Shown here piece after piece: positions 24,148 through 36,150 of a DNA stretch of 64,000 bases. The notes beneath the pieces were generated by a model. The model did no database searches, had not been told where the DNA came from, and saw only the letters and a list, made by a program, of their open reading frames with translations. This DNA comes from Octopus sinensis (lineage: Eukaryota): assembly GCF_006345805.1 (NCBI RefSeq), contig NC_043019.1:17421360-17485359 (forward strand), given 5' to 3'. The translations under genes were made by a program, and so were the position numbers. The stretch's first letter is position 1. Each line of letters begins with the position of its first letter.

Positions 24148-25657
24148 ATATCATCATCATCGTCGTTTAACATCCGTTTTCCATGCTAGCATGGGTTGGA
24201 TGGTTCGACTGGGGTCTGGGAAGCCAGGAGGCTGTGCCAGGCTCCAATCTTGAGCTGGCAGTGTTTCTACGGTTGGATGCCCTTCCTAATGCCAACCACT
24301 CCGTAAGTGTAGTGGGTGCTTTTTACGTGCCACTGACACAGGGGCATGATTGGTTAGTGCTTTTTATGTGTCACTGACATAGACACCAGTCAAGCGGCGC
24401 TGGCATCAGCCACGTTTGGATGGTGCATTTTATGTGCCACCAGGGCGGTTATCATAGCTACAATTTCCATTTAATTTTTATTTTGATGTTGATGTTGATG
24501 TAATTGACTCAATAGGTCTCCTCAAGCACAGCAGGTTGCCCTACAATCCAAGGTTAGCACAGCAGGCCGTCCTGTGAACCATGAATTCACTTCATTTGTT
24601 AGGTTTTCGCAGTCACAGCATATCTCAGAGGTCTTGGTCTTTCATTTCCTCTGTGAGGCCCAACGTTCCACCGGCATGGGTATCACAACTACAATATCCA
24701 TTTGATTTTTATTTTGATGTTGATGTACTTGACTCAGTAGGTCTCCTCAAGCACAGCAGGTCACCCTACGATCCAAGGTAAGCACAGCAGGCCGTCCTGT
24801 GAACCATGAATTCACTTCATTTGTCGGCTCTTCGAAGTCACAGTGTATCTCCAGAGGTCTCAGTCTTTTGTCATAGCCTCTGTGAGGCCCAAGGTATGAA
24901 GGTCATGCTTGACCACCTCATCCCATGTCTTCCTGGGTCTACCTCTACCCCGGATTCCTTCAACAGTTTGGGTGTGGCACTTCTTCACCCATCTCTCCTC
25001 ATCCATCCATAGTACATGACCATACCAATGCAAACATCTTTCCTGCACACCACGTCCGATGCTTCTTATGTCTAACATTTCTCTCAGGGCACTTACACTC
25101 TGTCATGCATGGACATTGACATCCATTGGATCATGCTAGCTTCACTTCTTTCGAGCCTACGCATGTCCTCCGCAGTCACAGCCCATGTTTCACTGCTGTG
25201 AAGCATGGTAGTTCACACACATGCGTCATACAATCTACCTTTCACTCTGAATGAGAGGCCCTTTGTCACCAGTAGGGGAAGAAGCTTTCTAAACTTTTTC
25301 CAGGCTATTCTTATTATAGTGGTAACACTATCTGAACATCCACCCCCACTACTAACTTGGTCACCTAGGTAGCGGAAACTATCAACTACTTCTAGTTTCT
25401 CCCCCTGGAGTGTAATGGAATCTGTTTTCTGAGTATCAATGGTGTCTATTGCCCTTGTGCATCTGCCGCACACAAAAGCTATCTTCTTGGTTAATTTTCC
25501 TTTGATGTTGCTCCATGAGTCCATAGTTTACACTGGGTACATCTTATGGAGTTTCTACCTACACCTTTTCTACAGATCGAGCAGGGCCACCTACCTAAGG
25601 GGGTGTGTGGCGAGTTTGCCTTCCTACTTACTAAAACTTTAGTCTTTGCTACATTGA
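24148..25657 (-). mobile_element. 5'-truncated degenerate RTE LINE, convergent with the 21.5-kb copy
   Basis: Minus-strand peptides AKTKV, EKLEVVDSFRYLGDQVSSGGG, VKGRLYDACV, GRGRPRKTWDEVVKHDL; ~230-bp internal tandem duplication (24461-24668 / 24692-24895). Confidence 0.92.
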
Positions 25658-25738
25658 CTGTTACAGCTGTTACATTGCTTTTACAGCTGTTACATGTAAC
25701 GTGTGTGTGTGTGTGTGGTGTGTGTGTGTGTATATATA

Positions 25739-25769
<31 letters not shown>

Positions 25770-25770
<1 letters not shown>

Positions 25771-27026
25771 GGGGGTTGGACAAAATAATGGAAACACCTA
25801 GCATCATATCTATAAAATATCTATAAAACTGTCAAAAGCTTGTTTATTTTTATGTTTTTTGATTTATTATTAGTGTTGCTTAATTGTTTTGCTAAAATTG
25901 CTGTTTCTTTTCAGATATCATCAGAAAAAGGTAATTAAAATTCATTAAAATGACAGATCTATTGGACTTTCAAAGAGATCAAATTGTTGGTGCTTGTATG
26001 GTAGGTTGCTAGTGTAACAAAAACAGCCGAAATGTTTGGTGTATCAAGAAGTACTGTCTTGAAAGTAATGACAGCCTTTGAGAAAGAGGGAGAAACCTCC
26101 TCGTCGAAACAAAACTCCAGAAGAAAACCAAAGCTTTCAGTTGGAGACCGTCGGACTCTAATGTGAATTGTTAGAAAGGATCACAAAAGTACAGGTCCCA
26201 AAATTACTGCAGAGCTTAATGACCACCTTGAGAACCCAGTTTCCACAAAAGCTGTTTGCTGGGAGCTGCACAAAGCCAGATTTCATGGAGGGCTGCAATC
26301 AGAAAACCACCACTTTCAAAAACAAACGTTGCAAAGTCTTTAGAGTGGAACAAAAACCTACAGAATTGAGCAGTGGAAGTATGTTATTTTCTCGGATGAG
26401 TCATCTTTTACCTTATTTCTGACCACCAGCTGAGTATACATGTGGAGACAGCCAAAAGAAGCATTTTACTCAGACCATCTTTTTCCAACTGTTAAATATG
26501 GAGAAGGATCTGTGATGATCTGGAGGGCTGTATTCTTGGAAATCCTCCGGCCCAATGGCTTCCCTTCATGGCAGAATTAATAGTCAAGATTATTTAAGCA
26601 TTTTATCTGATCAAATTCATCCTGTGGTTGCGGAACTGTTTCTGGGGGAAAATACAATCTTTCAGGATGATAATGCACCAATTCACAAAGCTAAAGTTGT
26701 TACTGAATGGCACAAGGAACATTCTAGTGAAGATGAACATCTTATCTGGCCACCACAGTCCCCAGATCTCAATATTATTGAACATTTATGGTGCATTTTA
26801 GAAAAACAAGTAAGGAGTCGATATCCTCGACCATCATCGCTACAAGAACTGGAGAGCGCTTTAGCTGAAGAATGGACAAAAATTCCTTTGGAAACAATTC
26901 AAACTTTGCATGAGTCCATAGCTTGTAAAATTCAAGCTGTAATTACTGCCAAAGGCGGTCCTATCCCATACTAAAATATATTTGTTTGAAATTTTAAAGT
27001 GTTTCCATTATTTTGTCCAACCCCTG
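25770..27026 (+). mobile_element. Tc1-superfamily DNA transposon with DD36E triad (Incomer-like), near full length, frameshifted transposase 25950-26974
   Basis: ~29-bp TIRs (CA)GGGGTTGGACAAAATAATGGAAACAC, TA TSD, MTDLLDFQRDQIVGA N-terminus, FSDES, FQDDNAP...SPDLNIIE with 36 residues between D and E. Confidence 0.93.
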
Positions 27027-27087
27027 TATATGTATTATGTTAGATGTATTGTATTTATCTATCTATCTATCTATATATGTATATATA

Positions 27088-28595
27088 TTGGGTCATCCCA
27101 TAAATAATGTGTTTTTTTATACTTCTTTTATTTTTTTAAATTAAGATAACCAGTTTTTTAAAAATCTAATATATACCCTCCTTCATTTTCTACAATGCTC
27201 TTCCATTTATATGGTAGACTTGCAAGGCCCCTCTTCCAAAATTCATTTGTCCGTGATGAAAAATACTCATCCAGTTCTGTTCTGATGTCATCTACAGAAT
27301 TCATATTTTTTCCATCCTTTGTTATTGTTTGGTTTTGGTTTAAAAGTTCAAAGTAGACTAAACCTTTCATATCCCACCAAACAGATAACAACACCTTATG
27401 TGGGTGAAGACATTCTTTGGCCTGGGATGCTTGTGTTTCTCTTTTCCCTACCCACTGTCTTCGGTGCTTAACATTTTTATACAGAACCCATTTCTTGTCA
27501 CTATTCAGTCCAAAACAGGTCCATTCATGAGACATGACAGCAAAGAAGAGCATACATTCACTCTCTGCGCACGATTATATTCTGAGAGTTTGTGATGAAC
27601 TCATTGATCCAATTTTCTGACTTTTCTGATGGCTCATAGCTGTTGATGAATGGTTGAATGACCAAATGCAAGTTTCTCAACAGTTACGAGGTTTTGTTCA
27701 ATTAGGGCTTGCAGGACGTTCTTGTTGAGCTCTCATCATCATCATTTTTCGACCGTGGTCGAGACAATGGAATTTACCATGCTACGCCAGACTTCACGGT
27801 CCATCATGGCATTACGGAGGTCCTGTTGCTGGATGCCTGTATCCCTGGAAATAACATCAGGGTAGGAGAGTGTGCGCCCTCTGGTATCACAAGCAGATGG
27901 CTTCCAGAGGAGAAGAGTAGAAATTGCCTCGTTTTCAGCTCTACAACAATGTCCAGCAAACTGGACTCTCCTACCTTTCACAAGAGATGACACAGGTGGT
28001 AGTTTCCCATATATTTGCATTTTGGTTGGATGGCGCTTCCACGAGAGATTTTGAGCTCTCATAAGGAGGCGAGTGTAGGTTCCATCCAACCACCTCTCAA
28101 GCTTCTTTGATAACGTCCAGGTTTCTGAGCCATATAGTAGAATTGGTTCGACTGTGGCTTTGAATATTTCAAGTTTGAAGTCTCTACTTAGATTTGATGA
28201 CCAGATCTTATGCATGTCATTATGCATGTTGAGCTCTACAGATCTTGCAGGAAGAGGCTCGTCTTCTAGGCTATATTTTCTGGGTCAGAATTTCTGGAAC
28301 CACTGTTGACACTGGCTTATTATCCAATCCCCATATATTGCTTTAATATTCCTCGCACTTTCCATTGCATTGTTGAACTTTATTGAACTCATAAAGCAAA
28401 ATATGCCAAATATTCTCCTTTGTTACTTGCATTATAGCATTGAAAAATAACTGCCAAAATCGAACTGAACTCTTCAAACTTGCACTAAGAATACTACCTG
28501 CTTTCATAGCTAGTTGATGCAGGTAATTTATCCCATTCCCTCTGACTTCTAATTCATGCAATTGAAAGAAACCACATCATTTATGGGATGACCCT

Positions 28596-28596
<1 letters not shown>
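27088..28596 (-). mobile_element. mariner-family transposon, internally deleted, interrupted by a LINE fragment
   Basis: TIRs TTGGGTCATCCCATAAAT / ATTTATGGGATGACCCTA; MQVTKENIWHILLYEFNK, HPHKVLLSVWWDMKG, FWKRGLASLPYKW; region with the 2nd/3rd catalytic D is missing. Confidence 0.9.
27734..28227 (-). mobile_element. RTE-X-like LINE 3' fragment nested in the mariner
   Basis: Uninterrupted 161-aa C-terminus (FKATVEPILLYGSETW, RRVQFAGHC), (TGA)n tail, 10-bp TSD GTTGAGCTCT at 27724-27733 and 28228-28237. Confidence 0.93.
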
Positions 28597-28628
<32 letters not shown>

Positions 28629-28630
<2 letters not shown>

Positions 28631-29052
28631 CGCAGGAGTGGCTGTGTGGTAAGTAGCTTCCTTACCAACCACATGGTTCCGGGTTCAGTCCTACTGCGTG
28701 GCACCTTGGGTAAGTGTCTTCTAACTATAGCCTCGGGCCGACCAAAGCCTTGTGAGTGGATTTGGTAGACGGAAACTGAAGGAAGCCTGTTATATATATG
28801 TATGTGTGTGTATATGTTTGTGTGTCTGTGTTTGTCCACCCAACATCGTTTGACAACTGATGCTGGTGTGTTTACATCCCCGTAACTTAGCGGTTCGGCA
28901 AAAGAGACTGATAGAATAAGTACTAGGCTTACAAAGAATAAGTCCTAGGCTTACAAAGAATAAGTCCTGGGGGCGATTTGCTCGACTAAAGGCGGTGCTC
29001 CAGCATGGCCGCAGTCAAAAGACTGAAACAAGTAAAAGAGTAAAAGAGTAAG

Positions 29053-29055
<3 letters not shown>
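28629..29055 (+). mobile_element. CORE-type SINE, full length, young
   Basis: GGCGCAGGAGTGGCTGTGTGG head; 22-bp internal duplication at 28923-28966. Confidence 0.92.
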
Positions 29056-29087
<32 letters not shown>

Positions 29088-29624
29088 ACACACACATACT
29101 TGAATGTTTCAGCCTTGAGGCTGTGGGCATGCTGGGGCACTGCTGTGATTGCTTGCATGCTTGAAATTTAATACAGCCAAAATGGTACATAATGGAAAAA
29201 CACTCCAAAAGTAACGTAACCCTGAAATGGGAATATATAATACTGTGAAAATTGTTTCCATTAATTTTATGTTATACAACAATTACTTTTGCATTTTTTG
29301 TAGAAGTATGCTCACAGGCCATAAATAAATGCTGTTACTGGAGTTCAAGTTTATCCCGGAAGATCTATTTCTATGGGATGCTGTAAATAATCAATAAAAC
29401 CTTTAACATGAACTTGTAAACAGACCTATGATGACACAAACGAATTGAAATATTTCACTGAATCATCAGAAAATCAACTTTCATTTCAGTGCAATGTTGA
29501 GATCAGCTTCAATGTTTCATAACCTGAACCATCAATGATCCAACAGGTTATGGGTAGTCTAATACATATCACATGTTACATACATATATGTTACATGTAA
29601 TATATACATGTTATATATGTTATA

Positions 29625-29826
29625 CTTTTACTTTACTTACTTTTTTACTTGTTTCAGTCATTTTACTGCGGCCATGCTGGAGCACCACCTTTAGTCGAGC
29701 AAATCGACCCCGGGACTTATTCTTTGTAAGCCCAGTACTTATTCTATTGGTCTCTTTTGCCGAACCTCTAAGTGACGGGGACGTAAGCACACCAGCATCG
29801 GTTGTTAAGCAATGCTAAGGGGACAA

Positions 29827-29873
<47 letters not shown>

Positions 29874-30038
29874 TACGACAGGCTTCTTTCAGTTTCTGTC
29901 TACCAAATCCACTCACAAGGCATTGGTTGGCCCGGGGCTATAGCAGAAGACACTTGCCCAAGATGCCACGCAGTGGGACTGAACCTGGAACCATGTGGTT
30001 GGTTAGCAAGCTACTTACCGCACAGCCACTCCTGCGCC
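29625..30038 (-). mobile_element. CORE-type SINE, full length
   Basis: All modules present; inverted relative to 28629-29055. Confidence 0.92.
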
Positions 30039-30100
30039 TATGTAATATATATATATGTAATATATATATATATGTAACGTGTGTGTGTGTATCTATGTAT

Positions 30101-30285
30101 CATCATCATTTAATGTCCACCTTCCATGCTGGCATAGGTTGGACGGTTTGATAGGAATTCTGCAGATGGAAGACTACACCAAGCTACTGTGTCTGTCTTG
30201 GCATAGTTTTTATGGCTGGATGCCCTTCCTAACACCAGCCATCTCCCAAAGTAGACTGAGTGCTTTTTATGTGGCACCAGCACAT
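30101..30285 (-). mobile_element. Degenerate RTE 3' tail
   Basis: CATCATCATTTAATGTCC...GGATGCCCTTCCTAAC. Confidence 0.7.
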
Positions 30286-30645
30286 AAGCACACCCTAGCA
30301 AACATGCACATATACACCAATGAACTGATACCATCAGCTCTTACCCACACACTTCAGACACACACACATACAGGCATTAGATACCCACATCTATGCACTC
30401 ATACATACACATGCCCTTGCCAGCCATGGATCTGATTTTGTGCAAGTCCCTTTCAGAGATCAGCCAGATAAACAGACACCATCCATGTGCTTATATATAT
30501 ATTTAATTTTTCGACTTGGTTTGAAAGATTCTTTATGTGAATTCATGTGTTGAAGCATATTCTGTTGTGTCTGGGAAGAGTCATTCTCTTTTAGTGTGTG
30601 AAATATTAAGGCACTAAAAGAGAATGACTCTCTCCAGACACACCA

Positions 30646-30686
<41 letters not shown>

Positions 30687-31065
30687 GCGTATGAAACTTT
30701 AAGTTGCATGGGACAGACTCAAATTGTTTAAAACTGTTTCATAGGCTTCTTATCGTGCTCTAGCTTGTTGGGTTGAGGTTGCCAAATGGAGAGGTGCAGG
30801 AACGTCCAAGATGGTTAGCAGAAACTGGGCTACTATTTGTGGAGGCAGGTCACATGGTGTTGTTAGAAGTGACATTGTCATTCTAGCAATACCAAATACA
30901 TTGCGGAGGAGAATTTCTTGGACTGTGTGGCTGAACAGGAAACTGATGGTGTCTGGCTGGTCTCTGAAAGGGACTTGTACAGACTTGCATAGATGTAGGT
31001 GTCTGGTGCCTATATGTGTGTGTATCTGCTGTGTGTGGGTAAGAGCTTATGGTATCATTTCATTT

Positions 31066-31299
31066 AAGGTGGCGAGCTGGCAGAAACGTTAGCACGCCGG
31101 GCGAAAATGCGTAGCCATATTTCGTCTGCCGTTACGTTCTGAGTTCAAATTCCGCCGAGGTCGACTTTGCTTTTCATCCTTTCGGGGTCGATAAATTAAG
31201 TACCAGTTACGCACTGGGGTCGATGTAATCGACTTAATCCGTTTGTCTCTCCTTGTTTGTGCCCTCTATGTTTAGCTCCTTGTGGGTAGTAAAGAAATA
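31066..31299 (+). mobile_element. tRNA-derived SINE with Meta-domain-like core
   Basis: GGCGAGCTGGCAGAAACGTTAG head, GAGTTCAAATTCC B box, CTTTTCATCCTTTCGGGGTCGATAAATTAAGTACC core; 15-bp TSD GGTATCATTTCATTT. Confidence 0.9.
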
Positions 31300-31314
31300 G
31301 GTATCATTTCATTT

Positions 31315-31770
31315 GTATATGTTTGCTAGGGTGTGCTTATGTATGGATGTGTATCAACCATGTGTGTGTGTGTACGTTTGCTAGGTTGTGTGTGTGTGTG
31401 TGAGTGCAGGTGCATAAGAGCCATACGTGGGTACTTATCTGGGCGTAAATGTGGATGTATGTGTCAACTATGTATCTATTGGTTTTGTGTGTGTGTGTGT
31501 GCATGTGCAAATACATTTAAGTCAGCATCTGCTGCATGTGGCTGTTTCTGTTTAGAATGCATGTGTAGGTGTGTGCGTATGGACATTTAGTGGAGCATGA
31601 GCATGTACATTCCTGTAGTTATGTGTATGTGTGAATGTATGTGTGTTTATCTGGGTGAATACATGTGCATGTGTTTTTACATCTGGTGTGTATGTGTCTA
31701 CATATATGTGTGTGTGTGTGCTTCTGATATTTGTGTGTGGGAGTACATCTGGTGTATGCTAGTGTAGTGT
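31315..31770. repeat. (TG)-rich low-complexity tract
   Basis: Degenerate TG/TA dinucleotide sequence. Confidence 0.8.
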
Positions 31771-31939
31771 AGTTGCAACAGTGTTGCTGAGTGGGGGATA
31801 GAAGTTAGTGTTGGATTGAGATTTGGTAGTGTTAGAAAGAGGAAGAAAGTGAAGTATTAAGAATGACACAAACATAGAGACCGGCATCAATTGCAAACCA
31901 ATAGGGAAGATTACATTGGAGAAACTAAACCCACTTTAA

Positions 31940-32160
31940 CCCTTTCGTTACCAACCCGGCCAAAACCGGCTCTGGCTCTGTAGTACAAATGCCTTGTTTT
32001 CATAAGTTTTGCATTGAAATCTTCCACCAAACCTTAGTCGCAATTTATATACCTAACACTAGTTGAATGATAACTGAGTTATTTTACTAAATTCTTTGTT
32101 ATATTTAAAATAATTGAAAGAAACACAGAGCATCTCAAAATAAGTACAGTAACGAAAGGG
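31940..32160. mobile_element. piggyBac-type MITE (family A), 221 bp
   Basis: TTAA on both sides, 12-bp TIR CCCTTTCGTTAC; second copy inverted at 52202-52422. Confidence 0.9.
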
Positions 32161-33224
32161 TTAAGAATGAGATTAAATATTCATTGTCAATAACTATGCA
32201 ACCCCCAAAACAAGACAAATTCCCCTGAGTGAAAATCTGGACCCATGCACAAAAACCAAATCTCTCAGATTTCTTACCTTCTGACTCTATCTTGGACAAT
32301 GCTCCAGACCAAGCAATTAATAAAGAAAGTTCATTTATTTAATACAAGCTGCTGCTGCTGCTGAACATATAAAAACCATCAGCAATTCCTGAGACTCCTT
32401 CTCTGAATTATTGTAGAATGTCTGCTTGAAGTTGTTAAGAAAACCAAAATTAATCCAACATTATCTTACCCATGCCTTGTTAACAAAAAAAAAGGGATAT
32501 GTTTTGACTTGTGCAATAGGATGGAATTAATACTAATGGATCACATTCTTTGACAATAATTATCTGTAACACTTTTTATGTAAACAATAATTACATTGGT
32601 TATTTATATCTCTTTGCTAAACTGTCATATGACATATTCAATGGAGGAAAACTTTTGTGTGACCTTGTGTTACTGTCACATGAGTGTAAGAGAGGAATGT
32701 TGACCAATCGATTTGTATGTTAACAGAAAACATTCCGAGTCACATTCCTACTTAAAAAACAAACTATTTTTATCACAATGGCCAGAGTTGACATAATTCA
32801 CAACACATTTCCAAACACTATACATTTTTGAAAATCTAATGTGAAACCGGTCAAGTGTATTTCTAATTTTAAAATACAATTAAATTCTAATTAATTCTAA
32901 TATATTCTCTGTGCATTTTAATTTCTTCTGTTCCTTCACTTGTTTGGATTAATAACAATCACACACACACAACAAACAATGAAGTTAAGTGCAGTCTTCT
33001 CCCATGCAAGATTGGAAAGAATGACAGTTCACCGCCAACAATTGAGGGATCCCACCGCAAGACAGATACCACTTAGTGGGCATTTAGATCTCTGTGCACA
33101 CAAGTCCCCCAAATTCCTAGTTTTCCCACTATACCAATGCCCGGACAACACTACTGACCAAACATGAATAAATAGGGAAAATAATCTTATTCAAAAATAC
33201 AGACCACAACTCAACATACTCTAA

Positions 33225-33525
33225 CATACCCACCAGGCACACATCCAAAACAAAACACACAGAAACACATACAGATATACAAAATCACACACACACAAAA
33301 ACAATGCAAACCTCTGATGCAAACACACACACATACCATGCAAACACACACACACACCACACACACACACATAAACACAATATCCCCACACTAGAGCACA
33401 AACCCTCACACATTCCAAGAAAAAACACATACATATATACACTTGCAATATGATTCTAGCAACCATAACCAACACTCACACACACATATATAATATAAAC
33501 ACGTACATGCACACACCTACACACA
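33225..33525. repeat. (CA)-rich low-complexity tract
   Basis: Degenerate CA runs. Confidence 0.8.
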
Positions 33526-33759
33526 CCACCCCGACCATTCTGACCTCTAAGACCAGTCCCCAAAACCACTGAACCATGAGAGACTAACACAGAAACACAA
33601 AAATCCTTTCAATTCCACATTTGTCTTTCTTCCCCCACCCAACCAACCTCCCACACTGTCCCTTAAAATAGCAAACAACCCTTAGCTTCACACAAAATAA
33701 AAAATGCTAAAACAGGTCAGTTCATCTCAAATTCTTTGTAGACTCCTAAATATATCTCC

Positions 33760-33797
<38 letters not shown>

Positions 33798-34109
33798 CTA
33801 CCAAACATGATTTTTATTGAGCTCCTAATACTTTTTGTTTAATATTTTCTCAAGATATTTCCTTGTAAACTGTTTTTAACATTTTCTTATTATCAAAGAA
33901 TGTATTTCTGTTTTATAATACTTTTGTGACAACCAATACTTAACACAACAAAACTTATACAAAGCTTTTACATTTTACTTTTGACAATCTTTTTCTAAAA
34001 AAGTGAAACCAGTCAAGTGAATAAACATCTTTAAAATTGCACTTTCAAACCTTCTTTCATATATATATATATTATATATATATATATATATACACACACA
34101 ATTGTGTGT

Positions 34110-34315
34110 TTGTGTGTTGGAATTTTCCCCCCACCACCATTGCTTGACAACCAATGTTGGTGTATTTACATTCCTGTAACTTAGTGGATCAGCAAATGAG
34201 ACTGATAGAATAAGTACTAAGTTTACAAAGAATAAGTCCTGGGTTTGATTTCTTTGACTAAAGGCAGTGCTCCAGCATGGTCACCGTCAGATGACTGAAA
34301 CAAAACAATAAAAGA
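34110..34315 (+). mobile_element. CORE-type SINE 3' half
   Basis: Tail modules GATAGAATAAGTAC...GACTGAAACAA. Confidence 0.8.
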
Positions 34316-34619
34316 ATATATATATATATATATTTAGATATATACACATACAAATATGTCTCCTTGCCTTGACATTGCATGATAGTTGTAGACAAATGTC
34401 TCTTTCATGCAAGCCATATCTTTCTTTCCCAATCTTCCATGAAAACATGTCTGGTCATGGGAAAATATTACTATATTTGGAAATAGGTGATGGTTGGTAA
34501 TAAGAAAGGCATCAGACTAGAAAATCTGTCTCAACAAAATCCCCCCCCCACCTCCCATTACATGCAAGCATGGGAAAGTTAACATGGTTGTTTTACTACT
34601 GGGACTTGTGGAAATTCCA

Positions 34620-34800
34620 CAGAACGAAAAAGTTTAAGAGAAGTGATTTAAGAAAGAAAGGATGATTTTTATTTTGCAAAGTTATTTCACTTCCAGTCGC
34701 AATAATATATAACATACCGGAGCTTTGTGATTGAATTCGGTAGGTGGAAGTTACTGCCGTGTGTGTATATGTGCGTGTAGGTGCTTGTGCCTCTCCGAAA
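34620..34800 (+). promoter_or_regulatory. Candidate CpG-containing promoter / first exon
   Basis: 7 CpGs in unique sequence, ETS-like CACTTCC (34688) and GGAAGT (34746), strong donor CG|GTAGGT at 34740. Confidence 0.25.
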
Positions 34801-34884
34801 GAGAGAGAGGGGATTTTAAAATTTCCCTCTTCTATGTATTTTATATTTCTCTTTAATCTTTCTACCTCTTCAACAAACTTTTCA

Positions 34885-35236
34885 GCGCAGGAGTGGCTGT
34901 GTGGTAAGTAGCTTGCTAACCAACCACATGATTCCGGGTTCAGTCCCACTGCATGGCATCTTGGGCAAGTGTCTTCTGCTATAGCCCCGGGCCGACCAAT
35001 GCCTTGTGAGTGGATTTGGTAGACGGAAACTGAAAGAAGCCTGTCGTATATATGTATATATATATAAGTGTGTGTGTGTTTGTCCCCCTAGCATTGCTTG
35101 ACAACTGATGCTGGTGTGTTTACGTCCCCGTCACTTAGCGGTTTGGCAAAAAGAATAAGTCCCGGGGTCAATTTGCTCGACTAAAGGCGGTGCTCCAGCA
35201 TGGCCGCAGTCAAATGACTGAAACAAGTAAAAGAGT
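34885..35236 (+). mobile_element. CORE-type SINE, young, small 3' deletion
   Basis: GCGCAGGAGTGGCTGTGTGG head through GAAACAAGTAAAAGAG. Confidence 0.92.
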
Positions 35237-35594
35237 ATGTAATCCCCCTCTTCATGTCTTCAACATTTCTCTCTTTCTCTTCACCTTTACTCTTCCCCCC
35301 CTCCCTACAGCATGCCATTAACACTTCTCTCCCCCACTTTTCTCTCACTCTTTGCCTCTCTCTTCAACTGACCACATGATGCATTTGGCTTTAGTGTATC
35401 ATATTCCTTTCTTCTTTCTTCTCGGCTCAGTTCTACTCCACCTCTCACTCCTTTCACTTCCACCTTTCTAACTAAAGCATAGCGGGTGAATGGACAAGCA
35501 GATTATTATGTAGATGCATTTCTGTGTGTGCATCCGTTTGTGCATTTGTGTGTATATATATTTGTATATATCTTGTGTATGTGTATCTATATGT

Positions 35595-36150
35595 GAAGGT
35601 GCATGGCTTAGTGGTTAGGGTATTCAGGCAGCGAGCTGGCAGAATCGTTAGCACGCCGGGCGAAATACCTAGTCATATTCCGTCTGCTGTTACGTTCTGA
35701 GTTCAAATTCTGCCGAGTTCGACTTTGCCTTTCATCCTTTCGGGGTCGATTAAATAAGTACCAGTTACGCACTGGGGTCGATGTAATCGACTTAATACCT
35801 ATGTCTGTCCTTGTTTGTCCCCTCTGTGTTTAGCCCCTTGTGGGTAACAAAGAAATAGGTTAGGGTATTCAGTTCATGATCATAAGGTTGTCAGTTCGAT
35901 TCCCAGTGGTATGTTGTGTCCTTGAGCAAGAAACTTTATTTCACATTGCACCAGTCCACTCAGCTGGCAAAAATGAACTGTACCTGTATCTCAAAGGGCC
36001 AGCCTTGTCCCATTCTGTGTCCTGCTGGATTTCCCTGAAAACCACACCAAGGGTGAGCATATCTGTTGAGTGTTTGGCCACTTGCACATTAATTTCCTGA
36101 GCAGGCTGTTCTGTTGATCAGACCAACTGGTACCCTAGTTATTATAACCA
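35595..36150 (+). mobile_element. Older tRNA-derived SINE interrupted in its tRNA head
   Basis: A box TGGCTTAGTGG (35604), B box GTTCGATTCC (~35893), GTGTCCTTGAGCAAG and GTCCACTCAGCTG domains. Confidence 0.75.
35628..35857 (+). mobile_element. Meta-domain-like SINE inserted into another SINE
   Basis: Near-identical to 31066-31299; 15-bp TSD GGTTAGGGTATTCAG at 35613-35627 and 35858-35872. Confidence 0.92.
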
